Shown here in pieces: positions 49,357 to 57,014 of a stretch of DNA of 64,000 nucleotides. The notes under the pieces were generated by a model. The model had not been told where the DNA came from. It saw only the letters and a program-made list of their open reading frames with translations, and ran no database searches. Within the stretch, counting starts at the first letter, position 1. Each line of letters begins with the position of its first letter. The stretch is taken from positions 64,200 to 128,199 of the forward strand of contig JBFIFN010000002.1 in NCBI GenBank assembly GCA_041602775.1, read 5' to 3'. The DNA comes from Woeseiaceae bacterium (GTDB taxonomy: Bacteria > Pseudomonadota > Gammaproteobacteria > Steroidobacterales > Woeseiaceae). A program made the position numbers and the translations under genes.

Positions 49357-49679
49357 GGGCCTTTAGAGCTTGCGAGCTGGTGCGAGTTCCTCCGGCGACA
49401 GCCTGGATTAGCTTGAATGGCTCGTAATGGCTATTGCAGCGGCTGGACAATCAGCGAGGGGTGACGCAACGATCTTGGATAATCGTTTTGCGCGATTCGG
49501 GAGGACCGGAAATGTACAGATTCATCGTTGCCCGCCTGCGCACCTGAGAGGTCGGGTTTAGATAGTGTTGGGGCCGATCGGCCGCTTTATGTCTCGACGT
49601 CGCCAGTCGCCGAAATTGAGGTAACATTTCTGTTTCAGACCCTTTCCAGTCATCCGCTTTCTTGACGAGTTCGAACTCT

Positions 49680-50303
49680 ATGTCTGACTGCGATTGCAGA
49701 TTTGAAGTGGAATCGCAACGGCAGGGCCGTGTTCTCGTTGCCTTGCTTGTCATCAACGCTGCTATGTTCGTCGTAGAGGTGGTAACCGGCATACTTGCGG
49801 AATCGACCGGCCTCATCGCAGACTCGCTGGATATGCTGGCGGATGCCGTGGTGTACGGGATCGGGCTATATGCTGTTAGCCGAGCCGCAAGCGCCAAGAT
49901 TCGTGCGGCGTTGGTCAGCGGCTACTTTCAGATTGCGTTGGCACTGATTGTGGCCCTTGATGTCGGTCGCAGAGCCCTTTTCGGCAGCGAGCCGGAACCT
50001 GCATACATGGTTCTGATCGGGTTGATCGCTTTGGCTGCAAATGTCGTGTGCCTGAAATTGATCGCCAAGCACCGCGATGGCGGCGTTCACATGCGAGCAA
50101 GTTGGATATTCTCCAAGAATGACGTGATCGCAAACATTGGCATTGTTGTTAGTGGTGGCATCGTCTTCGCAACGGAAACACGTTGGCCGGACTTGGTCGT
50201 TGGATTCGGAATCGCCTACGTGGTCTTCCGCGGTGCGCTAGCGATCATCGAGGATGCTCGAAACGAATATCGATTAGGCATGGCATCGCGCTCAGCCGAG
50301 TGA
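49680..50303 (+). CDS. Cation diffusion facilitator (CDF) transporter, membrane domain only
   Basis: Six hydrophobic helices. TM2 ADSLDMLADA and TM5 SKNDVIANIG metal-site contexts. N-terminal MSDCDC. The product ends soon after TM6, so the usual cytoplasmic C-terminal domain is absent. Start could be ATG 49680 or TTG 49662. Confidence 0.8.
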   Translation: MSDCDCRFEVESQRQGRVLVALLVINAAMFVVEVVTGILAESTGLIADSLDMLADAVVYGIGLYAVSRAASAKIRAALVSGYFQIALALIVALDVGRRALFGSEPEPAYMVLIGLIALAANVVCLKLIAKHRDGGVHMRASWIFSKNDVIANIGIVVSGGIVFATETRWPDLVVGFGIAYVVFRGALAIIEDARNEYRLGMASRSAE

Positions 50304-50306
50304 CTA

Positions 50307-50364
50307 CTTCTGGCCGCGAGGCGACGTTCGCTGCGCCTGAGCTATAATTTCTGCTTCTGACCCA
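50307..50364 (+). repeat. 58-nt direct repeat, copy A
   Basis: CTTCTGGCCG-N24-GCTATAATTTCTGCTTCTGACCCA, starting 4 nt after the CDF stop. Confidence 0.85.
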
Positions 50365-50450
50365 CAGCAGCCAATCGCAGTGATTCACCTGTATTCCGAA
50401 TGTTATTCTCCATTTTTCACACCAAGCAAAGATAAGCGCGAGTAAAAGCA

Positions 50451-50822
50451 ATGTCATACGATCTGACCATCTTCAAAAAGGACAATTATTTGCATGCAAG
50501 AGTCATGGGGCAAAACAGCAAGGAGATTATTGAGCAGTATTTGGGTGAGGTTGTTCAGAAGTCCAAAGATGCTAAATGTCCTTATCTGCTGATCGAAGAA
50601 GCGCTCGAAGGACGTCGCTTGGATACACTGAGTGTCTTCGATATCGCATCGGAAGGAAGTGCCAAATCCCGCGGACTATTCAAAGCAGTCGCATATGTGG
50701 ATTTATGCGCTGAAGGCGAATTGATGAATTTTGCCGAAACTGTCGCTGTCAATCGTGGTTTGCCGGTAAGAGTCTTCCCGACAGTAGCTGAAGCCAAAGA
50801 ATGGCTCATTGATCAAGGTTAG
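50451..50822 (+). CDS. Hypothetical 123-aa protein (possibly STAS/SpoIIAA-like fold)
   Basis: Clean ORF in the lowest-GC part of the window. The family assignment is only an impression from length and alternating pattern (..YLLIEEALEGRRLD..VAYVDL..AEAKEWL). Confidence 0.55.
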   Translation: MSYDLTIFKKDNYLHARVMGQNSKEIIEQYLGEVVQKSKDAKCPYLLIEEALEGRRLDTLSVFDIASEGSAKSRGLFKAVAYVDLCAEGELMNFAETVAVNRGLPVRVFPTVAEAKEWLIDQG

Positions 50823-50866
50823 TGCTGCGCACTAATAGAGCGTCTCATTGATGCCTGAAATGAACG

Positions 50867-50924
50867 CTTCTGGCCGGATCCAGCCGACCATGCTATCTAC
50901 GCTATAATTTCTCCTACTGACCCA
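50867..50924 (+). repeat. 58-nt direct repeat, copy B
   Basis: CTTCTGGCCG-N24-GCTATAATTTCTCCTACTGACCCA. It matches copy A at 10/10 + 22/24 positions with identical spacing. It starts 45 nt after the STAS-like ORF stop. Confidence 0.85.
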
Positions 50925-51410
50925 AGCGACGCTAAGAACCCTAGCCTTGAACGTCCGCTTTTGCGGAGAGATGTGAGTCATGAGCTTCCGAACCGGAGTC
51001 GCTGAGTTGGGCACTCATATAACCGCTTGATTTCCGTGGTCGTGTGACCACCGGTTTTCAAGAGTTGGATCACCTTTAAGTAAGCAACTGAGTCCTTTGG
51101 GTTTTCCGAGTATGCTCGGTTCTAGCCGCACTTTCCTGTCCTGCAGTGCGGTAATCTTCCCGCCGCGTACTGCTATCTATATCCGCTAAAATCATCACAC
51201 TACAGATACTTTTTAACGAGTTCCTATCTATCCCTGTGAGCGCTGCGTATTCCACGCGATTCCTGCCGCGGATTCCAGACCCAGCCTGCCACCGATGTCA
51301 CGGCAACGACAATTCAATGGCAGCAGAGTTGATTATGATCACAGTCGCTTGTTAGGTAAGGAACTTGCGTCTATTCTCCCTGTATACCGTAGGTCACTGC
51401 GGAGAACATC

Positions 51411-51611
51411 ATGCACCGCTCGCTCTTGCTTCGCCAGCGAATGATCGGTCTTTTTCTGCTCGGCGTGCTTTTGCTCTACTCGCCATTGTTGTCAGTGTTT
51501 GATACAAACGAAGAGCTGCTCGGCTTACCGGTCATTTATATCTATCTATTTAGCACATGGGTAGCGCTGATCGCACTGATTGCCTGGTTCGTCGAGCGCG
51601 GAAGGACCTGA
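51411..51611 (+). CDS. Two-TM micro-protein preceding the symporter-kinase (cbrX/small-subunit-like)
   Basis: GGAGA lies 6 nt upstream of the ATG. 66 aa with two hydrophobic helices. Its stop is 18 nt before the kinase ATG. Confidence 0.65.
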   Translation: MHRSLLLRQRMIGLFLLGVLLLYSPLLSVFDTNEELLGLPVIYIYLFSTWVALIALIAWFVERGRT

Positions 51612-51629
51612 CCCGAGAGTCTCGCCAAG

Positions 51630-54353
51630 ATGCTAGGTCCCCGCCTAATCGTCGTCTACTCTCTTCTCTACCTCGCTGTGTTGTTCGCAATCGCCTATTG
51701 GGCTGACAAACGCGCCGATCAGGGCAGGTCGGTGATCGCCAGTCCCTTGGTGTACGCTCTGTCCATGGCAGTTTACTGCACGGCCTGGACCTACTATGGC
51801 AGTGTCGGCCGCGCAGCCGGGACCGGCGTGGGATTTCTGCCGATCTACCTCGGTCCAACGCTGATCGCAATGCTTTGGGGAACCTTGCTGCTGAAGATGG
51901 TGCGGGTAAGTAAGACCCAACGCATCACCTCGATCGCCGATTTTATCGCTTCCCGTTATGGCAAGAGCCAGGTGCTTGGCGGGGTGGTGACTGTGATCGC
52001 AGTTCTAGGTGTGGTGCCCTATATCGCCCTGCAGCTCAAAGCCATATCGCGCAGCTACACTATTCTCCAGCATTATCCGGACATTCCGTCTCGCGAGTCG
52101 CTGCAGAATCTGCCAATCATGCAGGATACGACATTGTACGTTGCGCTCGCCCTGGCGGCGTTCACCATCCTGTTCGGCACCCGTCATCTCGATGCCAGCG
52201 AGCGCCACGAGGGCATGGTAGCGGCGATCGCGTTCGAATCCATCGTCAAGCTGCTGGCCTTTCTCTCGGTGGGAATCTTCGTTACCTATCACATACACGA
52301 TGGCTTCGCCGATCTGTTCGACAAGGCTTCCGTCGCCGGTGTGCTCACCACACACATCAACTTCCAGACAAGCGACTACGAAACCTGGTACTCGTTGACC
52401 ATACTGGCTGCGCTTGCGGTGATGCTGCTACCGAGGCAGTTTCAGGTGGCGGTGGTCGAGAACAGTAACGAGCGTCAGATACGCCGCGCGATGTGGGTAT
52501 TTCCACTCTACCTGTTACTGATCAATCTGTTCGTCATTCCCATCGCCATTGCCGGGCAAATTCAATTCGCTGGCACCGGAGTGGATGCCGATACCTTTGT
52601 GCTTACCCTGCCGATGGCGCATGCACAAGAGGGACTATCGCTGTTCGCGTTCATCGGTGGTCTGTCGGCCGCCACCGGCATGGTAATCGTGGAAACCATC
52701 GCGCTTTCCACCATGGTGTGCAACGACCTGATAATGCCCGGACTGCTGCGCCGCTGGACTCGGCTGCCCCCGCATGTTGATTTTAGCCGGGTACTGCTGG
52801 CCATACGCCGTAGCGCCATCGTGGTGATCCTGCTGCTGGGTTACCTGTACTTCCGTGTCGCCGGTGAGGCCTATGCACTGGTGAGCATAGGTCTGATCAG
52901 CTTTTCGGCGGTTGCACAATTCGCACCCGCAATGATCATCGGCCTGTACTGGAGAGGAGGCACGTACCAGGGAGCGCTTGCCGGTTTGCTGGCGGGCTTT
53001 GCGATCTGGATATACACATTACTTCTGCCATCATTTGCCAAGTCAGGATGGTTATCTGCGGATTTTCTGCAGCATGGTCCGTTCGGTATCGAACTACTGC
53101 GTCCACAGTCTCTGTTCGGGCTGTCGGATTTGCACGAGATCACCCACTGTCTGTTCTGGAGCATGGTTTTCAACATCGGGGCCTACCTGCTGTTCTCGTT
53201 ACGTCGCGAGTCGACCATCAACGAAGCCACCCAGGCGACGTTGTTTGTGGACGTACTAAAACGTGAGGCCCCGAGCGGCGTACCCTTGTGGCGTGGCAAG
53301 GCGGAGGTAAAGGAATTGATCTCCCTGGCTGAGCGTTTTCTTGGCGCTCAGAGTGCGCGCAAGGCATTTGAACTCTACGCGGCCAGCCGTGGGGCGCCGA
53401 ACGTCGAACAATTGCCCGCCGATGCCGCTACGGTGCATTTTGCCGAGACCCTGCTGGCGGGCGCGATAGGCAGCGCCTCTGCGCGGGTCATGGTGGCCTC
53501 GACCACGGCGGAGGAACCATTGGGCCTGGACGAGGTGCTGAATATACTCGACGAGGCCTCGCAGATACGCGCCTATAGCCGTGAGCTGGAACGCAAATCG
53601 AGCGAACTCGAGGCAGCGGGTCGCGAACTCAAGGTGGCTAACGAACAACTCAAGGAACTGGACCGGATCAAGGATGATTTCATGTCCTCGGTTACGCACG
53701 AGCTGCGTACGCCACTTGCATCCATTCGTGCCTTCTCGGAGATACTGGCCGACGATCCGGAGATTGAACTGCAGCAGCGTAAAAAATTTCTCGACATTAT
53801 CGTCACTGAAACCGAACGTTTGACGCGTCTGGTCAACCAGGTTCTGGATCTGGCCAAGATAGAATCCGGACATGCGAACTGGCGTATCGAACAGGTGGAT
53901 CTTGGGGAGTTGATTGGCGTCGGATGCGAAGTGAACGCACGGTTGTTCAGTGAGCGAGGTGTGCGGCTGATTGTCGAGCTGCCGGAGGTAACCTGCACCG
54001 TCAGCGCCGATCGCGACCGCCTGATGCAGGTGCTGGTCAATCTGCTTTCCAACGCAGCCAAGTTCGCCCCCGAGAATACGGGAGAGGTGCGGGTACGCCT
54101 GCGCCGTGATGGTGAAATACTCCGGGTCAGCGTGCGAGACAATGGTCCGGGTGTTCCCTTCGAGGATCAACAGGATATTTTCGAAAAATTCCGCCAGGGA
54201 AGCAGTAGCAGCGAAAGACCCGTGGGGACGGGCCTGGGTCTGCCCATCAGTCGCCGCATCATTGAGTATTTCGGTGGGCGCATCCAGGTCCAGAGCCGCC
54301 CCGGACATGGCGCAGTCTTCACCTTTGAATTACCTGCCATGGACGGTGGCTGA
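51630..54353 (+). CDS. Sensor histidine kinase with N-terminal sodium:solute symporter (SLC5/SSS) domain and STAC-like linker (CbrA/CrbS class, no PAS, no receiver)
   Basis: About 500 aa of SSS-like polytopic domain. Then AERFLGAQSARKAFELY..AETLLAGAIGSASARVMV, a coiled coil, H-box SSVTHELRTPL, N-box LLSNAAKF, and G-boxes DNGPGV/GTGLGLPI. Confidence 0.88.
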   Translation: MLGPRLIVVYSLLYLAVLFAIAYWADKRADQGRSVIASPLVYALSMAVYCTAWTYYGSVGRAAGTGVGFLPIYLGPTLIAMLWGTLLLKMVRVSKTQRITSIADFIASRYGKSQVLGGVVTVIAVLGVVPYIALQLKAISRSYTILQHYPDIPSRESLQNLPIMQDTTLYVALALAAFTILFGTRHLDASERHEGMVAAIAFESIVKLLAFLSVGIFVTYHIHDGFADLFDKASVAGVLTTHINFQTSDYETWYSLTILAALAVMLLPRQFQVAVVENSNERQIRRAMWVFPLYLLLINLFVIPIAIAGQIQFAGTGVDADTFVLTLPMAHAQEGLSLFAFIGGLSAATGMVIVETIALSTMVCNDLIMPGLLRRWTRLPPHVDFSRVLLAIRRSAIVVILLLGYLYFRVAGEAYALVSIGLISFSAVAQFAPAMIIGLYWRGGTYQGALAGLLAGFAIWIYTLLLPSFAKSGWLSADFLQHGPFGIELLRPQSLFGLSDLHEITHCLFWSMVFNIGAYLLFSLRRESTINEATQATLFVDVLKREAPSGVPLWRGKAEVKELISLAERFLGAQSARKAFELYAASRGAPNVEQLPADAATVHFAETLLAGAIGSASARVMVASTTAEEPLGLDEVLNILDEASQIRAYSRELERKSSELEAAGRELKVANEQLKELDRIKDDFMSSVTHELRTPLASIRAFSEILADDPEIELQQRKKFLDIIVTETERLTRLVNQVLDLAKIESGHANWRIEQVDLGELIGVGCEVNARLFSERGVRLIVELPEVTCTVSADRDRLMQVLVNLLSNAAKFAPENTGEVRVRLRRDGEILRVSVRDNGPGVPFEDQQDIFEKFRQGSSSSERPVGTGLGLPISRRIIEYFGGRIQVQSRPGHGAVFTFELPAMDGG

Positions 54354-54372
54354 ACACTCACCGGAGAAGCGC

Positions 54373-54738
54373 ATGAGCAACACCATTCTAATCGTCGATG
54401 ACGAACCGAATATCGTACTGTCGGTCGAGTTTCTTCTGAAGCGCGAAGGTTTCGAGGTGCAGACCGCGGCCGACGGTCAGGCTGCAATCGAGATGCTGGC
54501 CGCGAGTCGCCCGGATCTGATGATCCTGGATGTGATGATGCCGCGCAAGAACGGATTCGAGGTGTGCAAGGAGGTGCGCGCCGACCCGGCGCTGAGCGGT
54601 CTGCCTATCATCCTTCTTTCCGCCAAGGGCCGGGAAGTCGAAATTGCCAAGGGGTTATCCCTGGGCGCTGATGCATATATCACCAAACCGTTTTCCACAC
54701 ACGAACTGGTGGCCCAGGTAAAGGAAATGCTGAAATGA
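54373..54738 (+). CDS. Stand-alone CheY-like response-regulator receiver
   Basis: The ATG at 54373 gives 121 aa with ILIVDDE, DLMILDVMMP (phospho-Asp context), LSAKG and KPF. No output domain. Confidence 0.9.
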   Translation: MSNTILIVDDEPNIVLSVEFLLKREGFEVQTAADGQAAIEMLAASRPDLMILDVMMPRKNGFEVCKEVRADPALSGLPIILLSAKGREVEIAKGLSLGADAYITKPFSTHELVAQVKEMLK

Positions 54739-56207
54739 TGCGGAAGGACGAGATCGAACAGCGCGATACCTTTTTCCCCAGCATGAACGCTGACACCTGG
54801 GTGGGCGGGGCGCCGGCGCGGCTCCTCGTGCGTGGCAAGCCACGGGTTATCAAGCCGGACAGCAGCATTCGTGAGGCGCTGTTTCAATTCGGATCGGGTC
54901 GCGCAACCGCCAGCGTGGTCGCTGAACAGAAAGATCGTCCATTGGGCATCGTCGTCCTGAGCGATCTGCTTCGCGCCATAACCTTGCATCGTGTCGACCT
55001 CGAGGAGCCTGTTTACGCTCACATGATCGCCGCGCCCGCGACACTGCCGGCGGATGCCTCGGTACATCGCGCCCGCGTGACGTTCACCCGAGGCCATCTC
55101 GATCATTTGCTGCTGGTGGAAGCGGATGGGCGCATGCTAGGTCTGCTGTCTCCTTCCGATCTACCGGGTTATCGCGAAGGCGGCGCCGAGGACCTGGTGT
55201 ACCGCGTCATGTGCGCAAATGACGTCGAGAGCATGGCGGCTGCCGCCTACGCCGTACGTGAGCGTGCGAGCGAATTGTTCAATAATGGCATGGGGGTCGA
55301 TTTCCTGTTCGGCTGGATGTCCGGTCTGAACGATCTGATCAACATTCGCGCGATCGAACTGGTCGCCAACGAATTTGACTTGCCCCCGGTGTCCTGGTGC
55401 TGGATGGTGTTCGGATCCGAGGGACGTGTCGAGCAAGGTTTCGCCACAGATCAGGACAATGGCCTGATTTTCCAACCAGACCGCGAAGAAGATACCGACG
55501 AGATACGCCGGGCTTTTCTTCCGTTCACACGAGCGGTAAATCTGGGCTTGGACCAGTGTGGATTCAAGCTGTGCCCGGGCAACATCATGGCCGGAAATCC
55601 CGAGTGGTGCCTGTCGTCGCGCGAATGGCATGAACGCTTTTCCAACTGGATGGCGATGCCGGAACCCGAGGCAATCCTCAAAGCCACGATTTTTTTCGAT
55701 TTTCGCCCATTGTACGGGCAAGACGAACTAGCCGACGACTTACGCCAATGGCTGATGCCCCAGCCGGCCCAATACCCGCGATTTCTGCATTTGCTGGCCG
55801 AGCAGTCGCGCACCGCCAGCCCTGCATTGAACTGGCTGGGACAGATAGTCTGCGACAATGACGGCTCCCCGCATGGTGTTGATCTTAAGAAACGCGGCAC
55901 CCGGATATTCGTCGATGCCGCACGGATATGGGCCCTGCAACTGGGCTTGTTCACCACCAGCACGGTGGAGCGCCTGCGACTTTCCGGACCGGCCGTACAT
56001 CGTTCCACCAGTGACACCAACGCCTCCGTCGAGGCGCTAGATATCCTGCATCGACTGCGTCTGCAACGTCAGCTCTCCGGAGGAGATGCCGCTAGCATCA
56101 ACCGTGTTGATCCTCGTGAACTGACGAAGCCGCAGCGGATGCTGCTGAAAGAGGCCTTCAAACAGGCGCGCCAATTACAGTGGACACTGCAGCAGACCTT
56201 CCTATAA
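54735..56207 (+). CDS. CBS-pair + DUF294-type (GlnD-like, Pol-beta fold) putative nucleotidyltransferase
   Basis: ATGA overlap with the receiver gene. Two CBS-like repeats, an NTase signature GSEGRVEQGFATDQDNGLIF, and a C-terminal helical DUF294_C-like region. Confidence 0.8.
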   Translation: MMRKDEIEQRDTFFPSMNADTWVGGAPARLLVRGKPRVIKPDSSIREALFQFGSGRATASVVAEQKDRPLGIVVLSDLLRAITLHRVDLEEPVYAHMIAAPATLPADASVHRARVTFTRGHLDHLLLVEADGRMLGLLSPSDLPGYREGGAEDLVYRVMCANDVESMAAAAYAVRERASELFNNGMGVDFLFGWMSGLNDLINIRAIELVANEFDLPPVSWCWMVFGSEGRVEQGFATDQDNGLIFQPDREEDTDEIRRAFLPFTRAVNLGLDQCGFKLCPGNIMAGNPEWCLSSREWHERFSNWMAMPEPEAILKATIFFDFRPLYGQDELADDLRQWLMPQPAQYPRFLHLLAEQSRTASPALNWLGQIVCDNDGSPHGVDLKKRGTRIFVDAARIWALQLGLFTTSTVERLRLSGPAVHRSTSDTNASVEALDILHRLRLQRQLSGGDAASINRVDPRELTKPQRMLLKEAFKQARQLQWTLQQTFL

Positions 56208-56440
56208 CCAACTGACTGCCAGGCGCCACTGAAAATTGTTTATTTACCGCGATAGCGGCGCCAGCTCCGACCTCTCCGCAGAGCGGTCGTTCAATCGGCC
56301 ACTATTGGTGGAAGCAGCCATTCGCGACCAACTGGGGGAGAAGCATTGTCGCTCCGCGCCTCCGGCGCTTCGCGACATCACTGGCCTCAGTGCGGCTGCG
56401 TGAGTCGAACAGCGGTTCTCATCTCCACCTCCCCGACGCA

Positions 56441-56485
56441 AGAAAAGAAAAGAAAAGGGCCCCGCGAGGGGGCCCTTTCTATTTT
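56441..56485. terminator. Bidirectional intrinsic terminator between the DUF294 operon and tRNA-Gln
   Basis: Hairpin GGGCCCC-GCGAG-GGGGCCC (56457-56475). It is flanked by an A-rich run (AGAAAAGAAAAGAAAA, which is the U-tract for the minus strand) and by TTTCTATTTT on the plus strand. Confidence 0.75.
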
Positions 56486-56558
56486 GGCTGGGGGAGAGGG
56501 ATTCGAACCCCCGTTGGCGGAGTCAGAGTCCGCAGTCCTACCACTAGACGATCCCCCA
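56485..56558 (-). tRNA. tRNA-Gln (anticodon CUG)
   Basis: The minus strand reads TGGGGGA-TC-GTCT-AGTGGTA-GGAC-T-GCGGA-CTCTGAC-TCCGC-CAAC-GGGGG-TTCGAAT-CCCTC-TCCCCCA-G-CCA. This is a complete cloverleaf with a 7-bp acceptor stem and encoded CCA. Confidence 0.9.
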
Positions 56559-56583
56559 AATAAAGGATCGCTCGTCGAAGTGC

Positions 56584-56976
56584 CTAGCGCTTCGAGTACT
56601 GCGTTGCCCGACGCGCTTTGCGCAGGCCGACCTTCTTGCGCTCGACCTCGCGGGCATCGCGGGTCACGAATCCGGCTTTGCGCAGGTCCGGACGCAGCGC
56701 ATCGTCGTACTGCATCAGCGCGCGCGTCAGGCCGTGGCGAATAGCGCCGGCCTGGCCCGTCGTACCGCCACCGGTGACTGTGACGTTCACATTGAACTTG
56801 TCGCCCAGCTTCGTCAGTTCGAGCGGCTGGCGAACGATCATCTGGGCCGTCTTGCGGCCGAAGAACACGTCCAGGGGTTTCTTGTTCACGGTGATGTCGC
56901 CCTTGCCCGCCGTCAGGAAGACACGGGCAGTCGAGGTCTTGCGACGACCGGTACCGTAATAAAACGATTCACTCAT
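56584..56976 (-). CDS. rpsI: 30S ribosomal protein S9
   Basis: 130 aa, with ..[14 protein letters not shown].. and C-terminal ..[10 protein letters not shown]. Confidence 0.97.
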   Translation of the reverse strand: MSESFYYGTGRRKTSTARVFLTAGKGDITVNKKPLDVFFGRKTAQMIVRQPLELTKLGDKFNVNVTVTGGGTTGQAGAIRHGLTRALMQYDDALRPDLRKAGFVTRDAREVERKKVGLRKARRATQYSKR

Positions 56977-57014
56977 AATTCTCTACTCGGCTCTCTTCTG
57001 GTTCCAGGCCGCTG

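Larger units (their letters stand above)
49360..56480. other. Lower-GC segment adjacent to the tRNA-Gln 3' end (candidate ancient genomic island; no integrase)
   Basis: Hand counts of 60-nt lines: 38% (50461), 53% (52021), 55% (49921, 55501), versus 67-68% at 12601 and 47281. It ends at the 3' end of a tRNA gene. Confidence 0.5.

Noticed and set aside
49357-49680. att-type duplication of the tRNA-Gln 3' end at the left edge of the low-GC segment, and a metal riboswitch upstream of the CDF gene.
   Set aside because: Only trivial matches were found: TTCGAAC within the GAGTTCGAACTC palindrome, and a shared 9-mer CCTCCGGCG that is expected by chance. I could not recognise czcD/NiCo or yybP-ykoY conserved cores by eye. 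This needs cmsearch to exclude formally.
49451-49897. 148-aa minus-strand ORF spanning the CDF start region.
   Set aside because: It overlaps the well-supported CDF gene in antisense, and the remainder lies in intergenic DNA with no start context.
50307-50924. Integron gene-cassette attC sites flanking the STAS-like ORF.
   Set aside because: I could not find the inverse core/core sites (RYYYAAC ... GTTRRRY) or the imperfect internal dyad symmetry of attC. No intI gene or attI lies in the window. The observation is kept only as an unexplained direct repeat.
50832-51130. 60-aa minus ORF 50832..51014, and the adjacent stop-bounded frame with an HTH-like string (KVIQLLKTGGHTTTEIKRLYECPTQRL), considered as real genes or a recombinase pseudogene.
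   Set aside because: There is no start codon for the HTH-like frame and no SD for the 60-aa ORF. The resemblance to resolvase HTHs is only impressionistic. It is reported as a low-interest note inside the spacer finding rather than as a feature.
56208-56441. ORFs 56244..56441(-) and 56346..56744(+) in the gap between the DUF294 gene and tRNA-Gln.
   Set aside because: The products are Arg/Ser/Gly-rich with no motifs. The plus-strand ORF runs straight through the terminator, the tRNA gene and antisense rpsI. No SD is present.
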